From Acidobacteriota bacterium (GTDB lineage: Bacteria > Acidobacteriota > Vicinamibacteria > Vicinamibacterales > SCN-69-37), in NCBI GenBank assembly GCA_004297655.1, contig SCUN01000023.1, forward strand, positions 1 to 40,167: a stretch of DNA of 40,167 bases. Reading direction: 5' to 3'. The notes under the pieces were generated by a model that was not told the DNA's origin, made no database searches, and saw only the letters and a program-made list of their open reading frames with translations. Position numbers and translations under genes: made by a program. Shown here piece after piece: positions 8,879 to 19,933 of this stretch; within the stretch, counting starts at the first letter, position 1; each line of letters begins with the position of its first letter.

Positions 8879-9379
8879 TTACTGCGCTTTCTTGAAGTAG
8901 GTCTTGATCGCGTTTTCGCCGAACGTCTGCTCGCGCACGAGCCAGTCGCCGTCCATGTACCACGACTGCGTCCGGTCGCCGTTGGCCGTCGTCGTGACGA
9001 TCACGACCTTGGCGCCGTCGATCTTCGCGTGCGAGACCTGCTCCATCTGGCCGCCGCGGCCCATCATCATGTTCTTGCTCTCCGACCCGTCGAGTTTGTA
9101 GGTCTGGGTCGTCGTTGAGCCGTCGCCGCCGGTCGTTTCGATCTTCAGCATCGCCGCGTCCATCGTGATGGTCATCGGGCCGCCACCGCCGCCCATGCGA
9201 CCGCCGCCGCCCATGCGCGCGCCGCCGCCGCCGGCGCCGGCCATCGCGGCCATCGCCGCCGCGTTCTTCTCCGCGTCCGGCTCTCACTTGCCCGAGAAGT
9301 TCGGTTTCGCCTGAGCCAGGAGGCTGGCGGAGAGGATCACCGCCGCTGCCACCGTTAGTGCTGCTGTCATTCGCTTCAT
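8879..9379 (-). pseudogene. paralog of the 9489..9971 secreted GxW/Gly-rich protein, interrupted by one in-frame TGA (9284..9286) at the Trp codon
   Basis: Track ORFs 9284..9628 and 8879..9253 are in the same frame. The reading is MKRMTAALTVAAAVILSASLLAQAKPNFSGK*EPDAEKN..., versus NFSGKWAPDADKN in the paralog. Confidence 0.8.
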
Positions 9380-9419
9380 AATCACCACACTCCCGCCGCG
9401 TATTATCGGCCTTTCGATG

Positions 9420-9456
9420 CAAAAGAAAAGGGCGGCTTGGGGGGAGCCAAGCCGCC
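9420..9456 (-). terminator. intrinsic terminator downstream of the 160-aa secreted protein gene
   Basis: A perfect 11-bp stem GGGCGGCTTGG / CCAAGCCGCCC (9429..9439 and 9446..9456) has a 6-nt loop. On the minus strand it is followed by TTTTCTTTG. Confidence 0.8.
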
Positions 9457-9488
9457 CGAACAACCCCGGAGTACCGGGAGTTGAGCTG

Positions 9489-9971
9489 TTACATCGCCTT
9501 CTTGTAGTAGACCTTGTTGGTCGTCGGTTCGCCGCCGCCGCGTCCCGGGTTGGTGGTCGCGACCACGAGGTTCGCGCCTTCCATCGAGTACACGATCGTC
9601 GTCGTCGCCGGGCCCTGGCCACGGTCAACCGTCCGAGTGATCGTGATCGTGCCGCCGGCCGACTTCGCCGTCACCTTGGCTTCCACCTGGCCCATGGGCA
9701 TGGTGTGCTCGGCGCCGTCGAGCGTGTATTCCTGCTTCTGCGGGCCGTTCGGCGTCTCACGCTCGATCGTGAGGGTCGTCGCCGTCTGGGTGATCGTCAT
9801 CGGACCCGGGGCGCCGCCGCCACGACCGCCGCCGCCACCCGCGCCCGCCGCCGGAGCCGGGTTCTTGTCCGCATCCGGAGCCCACTTGCCCGAGAAGTTC
9901 CCCTGCGCAAACGCGCTCGCCGCGACCAACAGCATCGCGACTGCGCCAACCACTGCCACTGCACGCTTCAT
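9489..9971 (-). CDS. small secreted protein, possible lipocalin/calycin-like beta protein with a Gly-rich insert
   Basis: It has the signal peptide MKRAVAVVGAVAMLLVAASAFAQ, a GKW (GxW) motif, a GAGGGGGRGGGAPG tract and then a beta-strand-rich region. A GAGGGAG Shine-Dalgarno is present. The gene lies 36 nt after the MacB permease stop. Confidence 0.7.
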   Translation of the reverse strand: MKRAVAVVGAVAMLLVAASAFAQGNFSGKWAPDADKNPAPAAGAGGGGGRGGGAPGPMTITQTATTLTIERETPNGPQKQEYTLDGAEHTMPMGQVEAKVTAKSAGGTITITRTVDRGQGPATTTIVYSMEGANLVVATTNPGRGGGEPTTNKVYYKKAM

Positions 9972-10007
9972 AAGTAGTGCTCCCTCAATAATCGAGCGGC
10001 GAAACGC

Positions 10008-11225
<1,218 letters not shown>

Positions 11226-11246
11226 GGTGTGCGGAGGCTCCTGGCT

Positions 11247-12053
11247 CTAGTGCTTCTCTTCGACGTGCGGCGCCATCGTGTGACCGTGCGGCATCGGCTC
11301 GTCGACATCGGGTGGAGGAAGCGCGGCGAGTTCATCGGCGGCGTTCCGGCGTTTGGTGATCTGCTGGTCGGTCACGACCTTGCCGTCGCGGAAGCGGATG
11401 AACCGCGTGCCGTATTCGGCGATGTCCATTTCGTGCGTGATGACCATGACGGTGATGCCGCGTTCCTGATTGAGGCGCTGGAAGATGCCCATGACCTCGA
11501 TGCTCGTGCGCGTGTCGAGGTTGCCCGTCGGCTCGTCGGCGAGCAGGATCGACGGCTCGTTGATGAGCGCGCGCGCGATCGCGACGCGCTGCTGCTGACC
11601 GCCCGAGAGCTGGTTGGGCAGGTGATGGTGCCGCGAGCCCAGGCCCACCGCGTCGAGCACTTCCATCGCCTTCTTGTGGCGATCGGAGGCGCGCAGGCCG
11701 TTCTTCGAGTTGTAGAGCAGCGGCAGCTCGACGTTGTCGAGCGCCGTCGTCCGCTTCAGCAGGTTGAAGCCCTGGAAGACGAACCCGATCTTGCGATTGC
11801 GGACGAGCGCGAGCTCGTCCTTCGAGGCTTTTGCGACGTCCTTGCCGTCGAGGAAGTACGACCCCGTCGTGGGTTTGTCGAGACAGCCGATGATGTGCAT
11901 GAACGTGGACTTGCCCGAGCCCGACGGGCCCGTGACGCTCACGAATTCACCGGGCTGCACGTCGAAGGACACACCCCGCAGCGCGCGCACCTCGACTTCG
12001 CCGAGCTCGTAGACCTTGGTCAGGTCCCTGACGGAAATAACCGGTTGGGCCAT
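11247..12053 (-). CDS. MacB-type ABC transporter ATP-binding protein (split from the permease)
   Basis: Walker A GPSGSGKST, signature LSGGQQQR and Walker B LLADEPTGNLD are present. It carries a roughly 40-aa C-terminal tail with a His-rich end (PMPHGHTMAPHVEEKH). Confidence 0.9.
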   Translation of the reverse strand: MAQPVISVRDLTKVYELGEVEVRALRGVSFDVQPGEFVSVTGPSGSGKSTFMHIIGCLDKPTTGSYFLDGKDVAKASKDELALVRNRKIGFVFQGFNLLKRTTALDNVELPLLYNSKNGLRASDRHKKAMEVLDAVGLGSRHHHLPNQLSGGQQQRVAIARALINEPSILLADEPTGNLDTRTSIEVMGIFQRLNQERGITVMVITHEMDIAEYGTRFIRFRDGKVVTDQQITKRRNAADELAALPPPDVDEPMPHGHTMAPHVEEKH

Positions 12054-12056
12054 TAG

Positions 12057-13844
12057 TTAGAATCCGCCGCGCCCGCCACCCGGGCCGCCACGGCCCTGGT
12101 TCTGCTGGAACGGATTGCCCTGTTGCGGCGTCGCGGTGTTGACCTTGGCGCCTGGGATCACGAAATTGGTGACGACCTTGTCGCCTTCCTTGAGCTCGCC
12201 CGAGACGAGCTCGGTGAACTGGCCGTCGCTTACGCCCGTCGTGAGGCCGTTGACCGGCTTGAGTTGACCCATGCCGTTCGCGCCCGCGATCCACAGCCAC
12301 ACGCGCTGGTTGCGGAGTTCGCGGCGCTGCACCGGCGGGAGGAGCTGATCGACCGTCTCCGCGCCGCGCTGCGCCATGCCGACGCCGCTGCCCTGGGTGC
12401 CGCCGTTTCGGCCGCCGCCCTGACCGCGGCCGCCGCCGAACGGGTTGTTGCCGCCGAAGACCTTCGCCATTTCGGCGCGGCGCTCTTCCGGCGTGAGCTT
12501 CTGGTTGTTGCGGATCTCGTCGAGCTTCTTCTGCTGCTCGGGCGTGATGTTCATGTTGCGCCCGCCGCCGCGTCCGCCCTGGTTGTTGCCGCCGGCGAAG
12601 TTCCCGCCGCGTCCGCCAGTCTGACCCGCGGTCGCCTGCTGGCCGCCCGTGGCGTTGCCGCCGCGCTGCCGATCGACACCGGTCGCCGGCGTCGTCGCCT
12701 TCGCATCCGGCGCCTTCGTCGCACCCGCTGCACCCGGCACCTGCGCACCCGTAGACCCGGGCACCTGCGCACCTGCGGCGCCCGCGGCGCCGCCAGCGTC
12801 AGCTCCACGGCGCCCGCCGGTGGCCCCGCGGCCTGTGTTCGGCTGCGCTTCCGGCGGCACCGGCTGTTTGATGAGGTCGAACATCTCGGTCGTTGGACGG
12901 AAGCGGAGCGCCGCCGCCGGCACGCGCAGGACGTCGTCGGCGCGCTGCACCTCGACGTTGAGCGTCGCCGTCATGCCCGGCTTGAGCCGGAAGTCCGGGT
13001 TGTTCACGTCAACGACCGTTTCGTAGGTCACGACGTTCTGCGAGTTCTTCGCGTTGAGGCGCACCTGCTTGACCGTGCCGTAGAACATCGCGCCCGCGTA
13101 GGCGTCCACGCGGAAGGAGACCGTCTGGCCCTCGCGGACCTTGCTCACTTCGGCTTCGTCGATGCTCGCGGTGAGGAGCATCTTCGTGAGGTCGGTCGCC
13201 ATGGTGTAGAGCGACGGCGAGCTCGTGCTCGCGTTGACCGTGCGGCCTTCGTCGGTGATGCGCACCGTGATCACGCCGTCGATCGGCGCGTAGATCTTCG
13301 TGTATTCGACGTTCTTCTTCGCCTGTTCGAGGCTGGCCAGCGTCTGCACGCGCGACGCCTTCGACGACTCGATGTTCGCGCGGTCGAGCTTGACCTGGAG
13401 TTCGGACTGGTCGAGCGCTTCCTGCGTGACGAGCTGCTTCGCGAAGAGCTCGCGCTGCCGCTCGAGCTTCTTCAGGTCGTTCTCGAGCGTGATCTGCCGC
13501 TGGTTGATGTCCACGTCGGCGCGCTGCAGGTTCGCGTTCTGCATGTCGACCTGCGTCTGGAGCAGCGAGGGATCGAGTTCGGCCAGCAGGTCGCCCTGCT
13601 TCACGATGTCGTTGAAGTCGGCGTACAACTTCTTGACCGTGCCGGACACCTGCGTGCCGATGTCGATCGTCCGCACCGCCGTCAGCGTGCCGGTCGCGGC
13701 GACCGTCTCGGCGATCGAGCCGCGCGTCACCGTGGCTTCCGTGATCTGCGGCTTGACCTCGACCTTGCCGTACTTCTCGTAGGCAAAGTACCCACCGGTA
13801 CCCAGAACGCCGAGAACAACAATCCAAACGATCAGCTTCTTCAT
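12057..13844 (-). CDS. macA: HlyD/MacA-type periplasmic adaptor with a large low-complexity insertion
   Basis: It has an N-terminal TM, a lipoyl/coiled-coil hairpin and a beta-barrel (KIYAPIDGVIT, RLKPGMTATLNVEV). A Gly/Arg/Gln/Ala-rich insert of about 185 aa follows, then the membrane-proximal domain (GQFTELVSGELKEGDKVV). Confidence 0.85.
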   Translation of the reverse strand: MKKLIVWIVVLGVLGTGGYFAYEKYGKVEVKPQITEATVTRGSIAETVAATGTLTAVRTIDIGTQVSGTVKKLYADFNDIVKQGDLLAELDPSLLQTQVDMQNANLQRADVDINQRQITLENDLKKLERQRELFAKQLVTQEALDQSELQVKLDRANIESSKASRVQTLASLEQAKKNVEYTKIYAPIDGVITVRITDEGRTVNASTSSPSLYTMATDLTKMLLTASIDEAEVSKVREGQTVSFRVDAYAGAMFYGTVKQVRLNAKNSQNVVTYETVVDVNNPDFRLKPGMTATLNVEVQRADDVLRVPAAALRFRPTTEMFDLIKQPVPPEAQPNTGRGATGGRRGADAGGAAGAAGAQVPGSTGAQVPGAAGATKAPDAKATTPATGVDRQRGGNATGGQQATAGQTGGRGGNFAGGNNQGGRGGGRNMNITPEQQKKLDEIRNNQKLTPEERRAEMAKVFGGNNPFGGGRGQGGGRNGGTQGSGVGMAQRGAETVDQLLPPVQRRELRNQRVWLWIAGANGMGQLKPVNGLTTGVSDGQFTELVSGELKEGDKVVTNFVIPGAKVNTATPQQGNPFQQNQGRGGPGGGRGGF

Positions 13845-13850
13845 ATGCGT

Positions 13851-16800
13851 TTACGCCCGCTCCGGGTTGCTGGCCGCCGCCTTGCGGCGCCAGGAAGTCA
13901 TGCCTTCTTCAAACAACGTGTAGACGCTGGGCACCAGCACCAGCGTCACCAGCGTCGAGGCGGCTAGTCCGCCGATTACGACCCGCGCGAGCGGGGCCTG
14001 CAGTTCCGCGCCCTCACCGATGCCCAGTGCCATCGGGACCAGACCCAGAATGGTGCAGAGGGTGGTCATGAGGATCGGCCGCAGACGCGTGCGGCCGGCC
14101 AGTTCCACGGCCTCCCGCACCCCGAGCCCATCCCGCCGCCGGAGGACGTTCGTGTAGTCCACCAGCAGGATCGCGTTGCTGACCACGATGCCGGCCAGCA
14201 TGATCACTCCGATATACGCCTGAAGGCTGAAAGACGTTGACGTCAGCTTCAGGGCGGCGACGACCCCGATCGCGGCCACCGGCACCGAGAACATGACGAT
14301 GAAGGGGTCGCGCAGCGATTCGTACTGCGACGCCATGACGGCGTACACCAGCAGAACGCCGAGCAGCAGGAGTACCTGCAACTGTTTAAAGGCCTGTGAC
14401 TGCTGTTCCACTTCGGCGCCGAACCCGACGGAGAATCCTTCGGGGACGGCGACCTGCGGCAGGCGCGCCTGCACGGCCTTGACCGCGTCGGACAGCGCCG
14501 TGCCGGCTTCCACTTCGGCGTTCACGCGGGTCAGGCGCTGCTGGTTCTTGCGTTCGATCTGCGTGGGGCCGGTCTGCGGCCGGAGATCGAGCAGGTTTTT
14601 CGCCGGGAGCACGAGGCCGGACGGCGTCGACACGAGCACGTCGTTCACCGAGTCCACCGTGTCGCGGTCTTCCTGGCGGAGGCGGACGATGATCGGGTAC
14701 TCGCGGCCCTTTTCGCGATACTGCGCGGCGGTGGTGCCGCCGATGTTCGTGCGGATCGTGTTCGCCACGCTCGACACCGTCATGCCGAGGAGCGCCGCCT
14801 TCGGACGGTCCACGCGGATCGCCAGTTCAGGCCGGCCTTCTTCGCGGCCGAGCTGCGGGTTGGCGACGCCGGGCGTCTGCTTCAGCACCGCGAGCACGTC
14901 GCTGGAAATACGCCGGGATTCGGTCAAGTCCTCACCACGTACTTCGACCGCCAGACGGCTGTCGTTATTCCCGCCGCCGAGCAGCCGGTTGATCTGCTGG
15001 TTGCCGCCCGAGGTGCGCGTCGTGATGACCGCGCCGGCGATGCCGGTGAGCGTGCGTCGCAGGTCCGTCGCGATCTGATCGTTCGATCGCGTGCGCTCCT
15101 CGCGCGGCACGAGCTTGACCTGGAGGCTGCCCGACGACGCCGAGCCGCCCATCGGGCCGCCGCCGCCGGCCGACGAGATGATCGTCGTGGCCTCCGGCGT
15201 CGTCTGCTTGATCATTTCCTCGAGGCGCTGGATCACGGCCTCCGTGCGCTCGACGCGCGTGCCGACCGGCATGCGCGCGCTGACGGTGACTTCGCCCTCG
15301 TCGGTCTGCGGCACGAGTTCCGACGGGATCGACGGGAGGATGGCGAACGCCGCGATGGTCAGGGCGCCGGCGGCGCCGATGATCGTCGGCCGGTGTCCGA
15401 GCGCCACGCGGATGATCCGGCGATAGCCCTCGTCCATCCACTCGAAGCCGCGCTCCGTGAGCGTGTACATCCGTCCCATGATGCCGGTCCGCTCGGCGAG
15501 CGGCGGCGGCAGGCGCAGGAGGCGCGAGCACAGCACCGGCACGACCGTCACGGCCACGAAGAGCGACATCGTGAGCGAGAACATGACGACGACCGAGAGC
15601 TGGACGAAGATGATGCTCGACACGCCGCTCAGGAAGAGCAGCGGCACGAAGACGGCGATGTGAGTGAGCGTGGATGCGAGAATCGCCGACCACACCTCCT
15701 CCGAGCCGTCGATCGCCGCCTGCATGCGCGGCTTGCCGTGCTCCATGTGGCGGAACGTGTTCTCGAGCACGACGATCGAGGCGTCCACGATCATGCCGAT
15801 GCCCAGCGCCAGTCCGCCGAAGGTCATCGTGTTCAACGTGAACCCGGCGAAGTAGAGCAGCGCGAACGTGCCGATCACGGAAATCGGAATCGACGTGCAG
15901 ATGATCAGCGTCGAGCGCACGTTGCGCAGGAAGATGAAAATGATGAGCACGACGAGGAGGCCGCCGTACCAAGCGGCTTCCTGGACCGCGGCAATTGATC
16001 GGCGGATGTAGATCGACGAGTCGTCGATGACCGTGAGGTGCACGTTCGACATCTCCCGGTTGGTGCGCTCCACTTCCTTGATGACGCCTTCGGCGATGGC
16101 GACCGTGTTCTTGCCCGACTGCTTGCTGACACGCAGGCGCACGCCCGGCTTGCCGTTGATGCGGGTGAACGAGCGGAGGTCTTCGGTGGCGTCCTTGACG
16201 TCCGCGATGTCCCGGAGGTAGATCGGCACCCCGGCTTTGGTCAGGATCACCAGATCGCGGATCTGATCGACGTTCTGGAACTCGCTCTGGCTGCGCACCA
16301 GGAAATTCGTGTCGCCCTCGACGATGTCGCCGAGCGGCACGTTCTGGTTCTCGGTGCGGATCGTGTTGATGATGCGGTCGACCGAGAGGTCGAGCGCCGT
16401 GATCTTCTCTTTCGAGAGCTCGACGCGGATCTGGCGGCGCAGGCCGCCGTCGACCGTGACCGACGCGACGCCTTCCACGCGTTCGAGACGCCGGGCGAGA
16501 TCGTTCTCCGCCAGTTCGCGGAGCGTGACGCGATCGTAGTTGCCCTCGACGCCGACCGTCATGATCGGCTGCGCCGAGGCGTCGAACTTGGAGATGCTCG
16601 GCGGATCGGCGTCCTGCGGCAGCCGGCCGCGCACGCGGTCCATGCGCGTGCGGACTTCGTCGGCCGCGTCGTTGAGGTCGGTGCCCCAGGCGAAGTTCAG
16701 GCGCACGTTGCCCGAGCCCTCCGACGCCGTCGAGTTGATCTGTTCGAGGCCCGGCACCGCCGCGAGCGTCTGCTCGAGCGGCCGGACGACGAGCTGTTCG

Positions 16801-16976
16801 ATTTCCTGCGGGCCGACGCCGCCGTACCCGACGCGCACCGTGATGGTGGGGTAGGTGACATCCGGCATCAGGTCCACCGGCAGGCCCATCAGCGAGATGC
16901 CGCCGAGCAGCACGACGACGGCGGAGACCATGAACATCGTGACCGGACGTTGAATCGCTAGACGCGGAATGCTCAT
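13851..16976 (-). CDS. efflux RND transporter permease (AcrB/HAE family)
   Basis: The 1041-aa 12-TM protein has the typical N-terminus [29 protein letters not shown] and duplicated porter/TM modules. Confidence 0.95.
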   Translation of the reverse strand: MSIPRLAIQRPVTMFMVSAVVVLLGGISLMGLPVDLMPDVTYPTITVRVGYGGVGPQEIEQLVVRPLEQTLAAVPGLEQINSTASEGSGNVRLNFAWGTDLNDAADEVRTRMDRVRGRLPQDADPPSISKFDASAQPIMTVGVEGNYDRVTLRELAENDLARRLERVEGVASVTVDGGLRRQIRVELSKEKITALDLSVDRIINTIRTENQNVPLGDIVEGDTNFLVRSQSEFQNVDQIRDLVILTKAGVPIYLRDIADVKDATEDLRSFTRINGKPGVRLRVSKQSGKNTVAIAEGVIKEVERTNREMSNVHLTVIDDSSIYIRRSIAAVQEAAWYGGLLVVLIIFIFLRNVRSTLIICTSIPISVIGTFALLYFAGFTLNTMTFGGLALGIGMIVDASIVVLENTFRHMEHGKPRMQAAIDGSEEVWSAILASTLTHIAVFVPLLFLSGVSSIIFVQLSVVVMFSLTMSLFVAVTVVPVLCSRLLRLPPPLAERTGIMGRMYTLTERGFEWMDEGYRRIIRVALGHRPTIIGAAGALTIAAFAILPSIPSELVPQTDEGEVTVSARMPVGTRVERTEAVIQRLEEMIKQTTPEATTIISSAGGGGPMGGSASSGSLQVKLVPREERTRSNDQIATDLRRTLTGIAGAVITTRTSGGNQQINRLLGGGNNDSRLAVEVRGEDLTESRRISSDVLAVLKQTPGVANPQLGREEGRPELAIRVDRPKAALLGMTVSSVANTIRTNIGGTTAAQYREKGREYPIIVRLRQEDRDTVDSVNDVLVSTPSGLVLPAKNLLDLRPQTGPTQIERKNQQRLTRVNAEVEAGTALSDAVKAVQARLPQVAVPEGFSVGFGAEVEQQSQAFKQLQVLLLLGVLLVYAVMASQYESLRDPFIVMFSVPVAAIGVVAALKLTSTSFSLQAYIGVIMLAGIVVSNAILLVDYTNVLRRRDGLGVREAVELAGRTRLRPILMTTLCTILGLVPMALGIGEGAELQAPLARVVIGGLAASTLVTLVLVPSVYTLFEEGMTSWRRKAAASNPERA

Positions 16977-17012
16977 GCGCGTGGCTCCATCAGCTCGTCG
17001 AGAACAGTCGGG

Positions 17013-18278
17013 TTACTTGCCGGCACCGGCCGGCGCCGGCGACTTGCCGCCACCGCCGCCCGCGCCGCCGCCGCGACGGCCGCCGCGGCCGTTCACGAGC
17101 TGCACGCGGTCGCCGTTGCGCAGCGCCATCGCGCCCGTCGTGATGACCCGCTGGCCGTCGTTGAGGCCTTCGAGGATCTCGACGCGATCGGCGTCCTGCA
17201 GGCCCGTGCGCACGACGTTGAACCGCGCGACGTTGCCGTCGTCGATCAGAAACACGCCGCGCTTGCCTTCGCTGTCGACCACGGCGTTGCGCGGGACGGT
17301 GAGGGCGTCCGGCCGGCGGTCGACGGTGAGCCGCACGCGGGCGTACATGCCCGGCTTCAGGCGGTAGCCCGGATTCGGCACTTCGATTTCGAGCGTCGCC
17401 GTGCGCGTCGCCGCGTCGAAGATCGGCGCCACGCGGCTGACTTTGCCCATGAACGTCTCGCCCGGGAACGCGTCGACTTCGACCATCGCTTCGACGCCCG
17501 TCGTCACGCGACGGAAGTCCTTTTCCACGAGGTTGGCGATGAGCCGCACGCTGTCGATGTCCACGACCGAGACGACCGGCGTGTTGGCGCCGGCGAACGC
17601 GCCCGGGTCGAGCGTGCGCCTGCCGACGAAGCCGTCGACGGGGGACTGGATGATGGTGTTGCCGAGCGTGACTTTCAGCTCGTCGAGCCGCGCCTGCGTC
17701 TGCATGACCTGCGCTTTGGCGACGTCGACCTGCGCGGCCGACGCGTTGTAGCGCGCTTCCGCGTCTTCGAGCGTCTGCTTGGTCTGGAGCTGGCGGTCGT
17801 AGAGATTCTTCTGGCGCTCGAAGGTGGTCCTCGACGCCGTCATGTCGAACTCGCGCTGGCGCGCGGTGGCGCGCGCGAGTTCGAGGCTCGCTTCGGCCTG
17901 CTTGACCTGTTCCTTCACGTCGCGATCGTCCATCTTCGCGATCAACTGGCCTTTGGCGACACGATCGCCGAGTTTCACCGCAATCGACTCAATGCGGCCG
18001 TTCACGCGCGGCGAGACATCGACCGTCGCTTCGCCGATCAGATTGCCGACGACCGTGACGTACTCGATGACCTCCTGCCGGCTCGCGGCGGCCGTGTCGA
18101 CCGTCATGAGCGCGGTGTTCCCGCGACCGCCACCCGGGCCCGACTTCGTGCCGGCGCCCGGGCCAGCGCCCGCGGCCGGCGCGGCCGCCGCCCCCGTGTC
18201 GGCATTCATCCGCAGGTAGTAATAGGTGCCGGCGGCAGCCGCCGCCAGCACCACGATCGCGAGTAACGCTTTGCGCAT
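17013..18278 (-). CDS. efflux RND periplasmic adaptor subunit (AcrA/MexA-like MFP)
   Basis: Lipoyl, hairpin and beta-barrel motifs are present (VSPRVNGRIESIAVKLGDRVAKGQLIAKMD, IQSPVDGFVG, RLKPGMYARV). Both ends carry Gly-rich tails. Confidence 0.9.
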   Translation of the reverse strand: MRKALLAIVVLAAAAAGTYYYLRMNADTGAAAAPAAGAGPGAGTKSGPGGGRGNTALMTVDTAAASRQEVIEYVTVVGNLIGEATVDVSPRVNGRIESIAVKLGDRVAKGQLIAKMDDRDVKEQVKQAEASLELARATARQREFDMTASRTTFERQKNLYDRQLQTKQTLEDAEARYNASAAQVDVAKAQVMQTQARLDELKVTLGNTIIQSPVDGFVGRRTLDPGAFAGANTPVVSVVDIDSVRLIANLVEKDFRRVTTGVEAMVEVDAFPGETFMGKVSRVAPIFDAATRTATLEIEVPNPGYRLKPGMYARVRLTVDRRPDALTVPRNAVVDSEGKRGVFLIDDGNVARFNVVRTGLQDADRVEILEGLNDGQRVITTGAMALRNGDRVQLVNGRGGRRGGGAGGGGGKSPAPAGAGK

Positions 18279-19880
18279 TTAGCTTCCGGAGTTCTGAACG
18301 CGCTCGAACTCGATGAGCGCCTTGATGTAGGTGAGCAGCGCGCGCAGTTCCGCGGTCCGCGCAGACGTCATTGCCTGCTGCTGCTGTACGACCGTGAAGT
18401 TCGTCGACATGCCGACTTCGAACTTGGTCTGTTCGGCGTCCGCCTGCCGCTCGGCCAGCTCGCGCGCCTTCTGCGCCGCGAGCAGCGACTTGTAGGTGTT
18501 CTGCACCTGAAGGCCGGCGTTGGTCACGCTGGTCGCCACGGTGAGCTCCTGCACCTTGAGCTGCGTCTGCGACTGTTCCAGCGTGAGGCGCGTGCGCGCC
18601 AGGCTGGCCTTCGCCGCCGCCATGCCGAGCGGGTAGGAGAAGTTCGCCGTGATGTTCCAGGTCGGCGTGTCGAGACCGAAGAGCTGGTTGAGCGCGTCCG
18701 AGTAGCCGCCCGGCGTCACGACGCCCGACTTGATCGTCGGCCCGCCGACGCCCGCCGACGTGTAGCCGCCGACGAGGTTGAGGTCCGGCAGCGTGGCGTT
18801 CTGCAGCTGCGCGATGGTCAACGCGCTCGACTCGAGGTTCTTGCGCGTCTTCGCGAGGTCGGTGCGCTGCGCCATCGCGGCCGCGATCGCGGCCTGAATG
18901 TCGACGACCGGCGGCGCGACCGCCGGCAGATCCGTCGGATTGATGGTGGACTTGTACGCGTCGTCATCCGCGCTCGACGCGATCAACCGCTTGAAGGCGA
19001 GCTCGGCCGTGCGCCAGGTGGATTCGGCCTGCGCGAGCGAGAGCTCCGCGTTGGCCTGCTGCGACTCCGCCTGGATGACGTCGATCTGCGCCATCGTGCC
19101 GACTTCGACCTTCGTGCGGTTCTGCTCGACGAACGAGCGCGCCAGATCCACGGCGCGGCGCTGGATCTCGATGTTCTCGATCGCCGCGCGCAGATCCCAG
19201 TAGGCGTTGCGAACGTTGGCCACCGTGTTGAGGAGCGAGGTGCGCAGGTCGATGTCGGCGACCTGGCGCGCGATCTCCTGGGTCTTGAGCGACGTCCGGT
19301 TCGAGTCGGTCTTGAAGTTGTGCAGGATCGGCTGCGTGTACGAGAACTGCAGGTTCGCCGTCAGGTTGGGGTTGCGCGAATTGATCGTCGAGTTCGTGAA
19401 CGTGCGCGAGTTGTTGAACTGCAGCTGCATGTTGCCGCCGTACCAGCGCACCGGCATGCTCGCCGACGTGTTGTAGGTCTGGCCCGTGGTCGTGACGGTC
19501 GACGCCGCTTCGAGCGTGGAGGTGTTGGTCGTCTTCTGGTTGTTGTAGCGCACCGTGCCGCTGAACGTCGGACGGTAGAACGCCCGCGTCTGCTGGAGCT
19601 GGTAGTCCTGGATCTGCGGGTTGAGCTTCTGGACCTTGAGATCCAGGTTGCGGTCGAGCGCGCGCTGGATCGCGTCCTCGAGCGTGAGGTTCAGCATCGG
19701 CGCGCCGGGCACCTCCGGCGGTTTTGCCTGACCGACGACGTAACGATCCTGGGCGGCCTGCGGCGCCGCTGCGGGAGCCTTCGGGGCCGCCGGACCCGTC
19801 TGCGCGTTGGCGGGGACGGCCGCGCCGGCCACCGCCAGCGAGAGCACCACCACCTGAAGGACCTTCTTTGTATAAGTCAT
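18279..19880 (-). CDS. TolC-family outer membrane efflux protein
   Basis: The 533-aa protein has a signal peptide and two OEP repeats with long coiled-coil segments. Its stop abuts the MFP start with a 0-nt gap. Confidence 0.9.
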   Translation of the reverse strand: MTYTKKVLQVVVLSLAVAGAAVPANAQTGPAAPKAPAAAPQAAQDRYVVGQAKPPEVPGAPMLNLTLEDAIQRALDRNLDLKVQKLNPQIQDYQLQQTRAFYRPTFSGTVRYNNQKTTNTSTLEAASTVTTTGQTYNTSASMPVRWYGGNMQLQFNNSRTFTNSTINSRNPNLTANLQFSYTQPILHNFKTDSNRTSLKTQEIARQVADIDLRTSLLNTVANVRNAYWDLRAAIENIEIQRRAVDLARSFVEQNRTKVEVGTMAQIDVIQAESQQANAELSLAQAESTWRTAELAFKRLIASSADDDAYKSTINPTDLPAVAPPVVDIQAAIAAAMAQRTDLAKTRKNLESSALTIAQLQNATLPDLNLVGGYTSAGVGGPTIKSGVVTPGGYSDALNQLFGLDTPTWNITANFSYPLGMAAAKASLARTRLTLEQSQTQLKVQELTVATSVTNAGLQVQNTYKSLLAAQKARELAERQADAEQTKFEVGMSTNFTVVQQQQAMTSARTAELRALLTYIKALIEFERVQNSGS

Positions 19881-19933
19881 CTCACATCACTCCGTTAGAG
19901 GCGTCGGCCGAAACGCCGACCCATGATCTTACG

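Noticed and set aside
9284-9286. The TGA could encode selenocysteine or reflect a reassigned genetic code.
   Set aside because: The aligned residue in the paralog is Trp, not Cys/Sec. I saw no convincing SECIS-like hairpin directly downstream. TGA clearly terminates several neighbouring genes.
19897-19920. A small GTCGGC...GCCGAC hairpin lies in the 53-nt gap before tolC.
   Set aside because: The stem is only 6 bp and no U-tract follows, so it is not supportable as a terminator or regulator.
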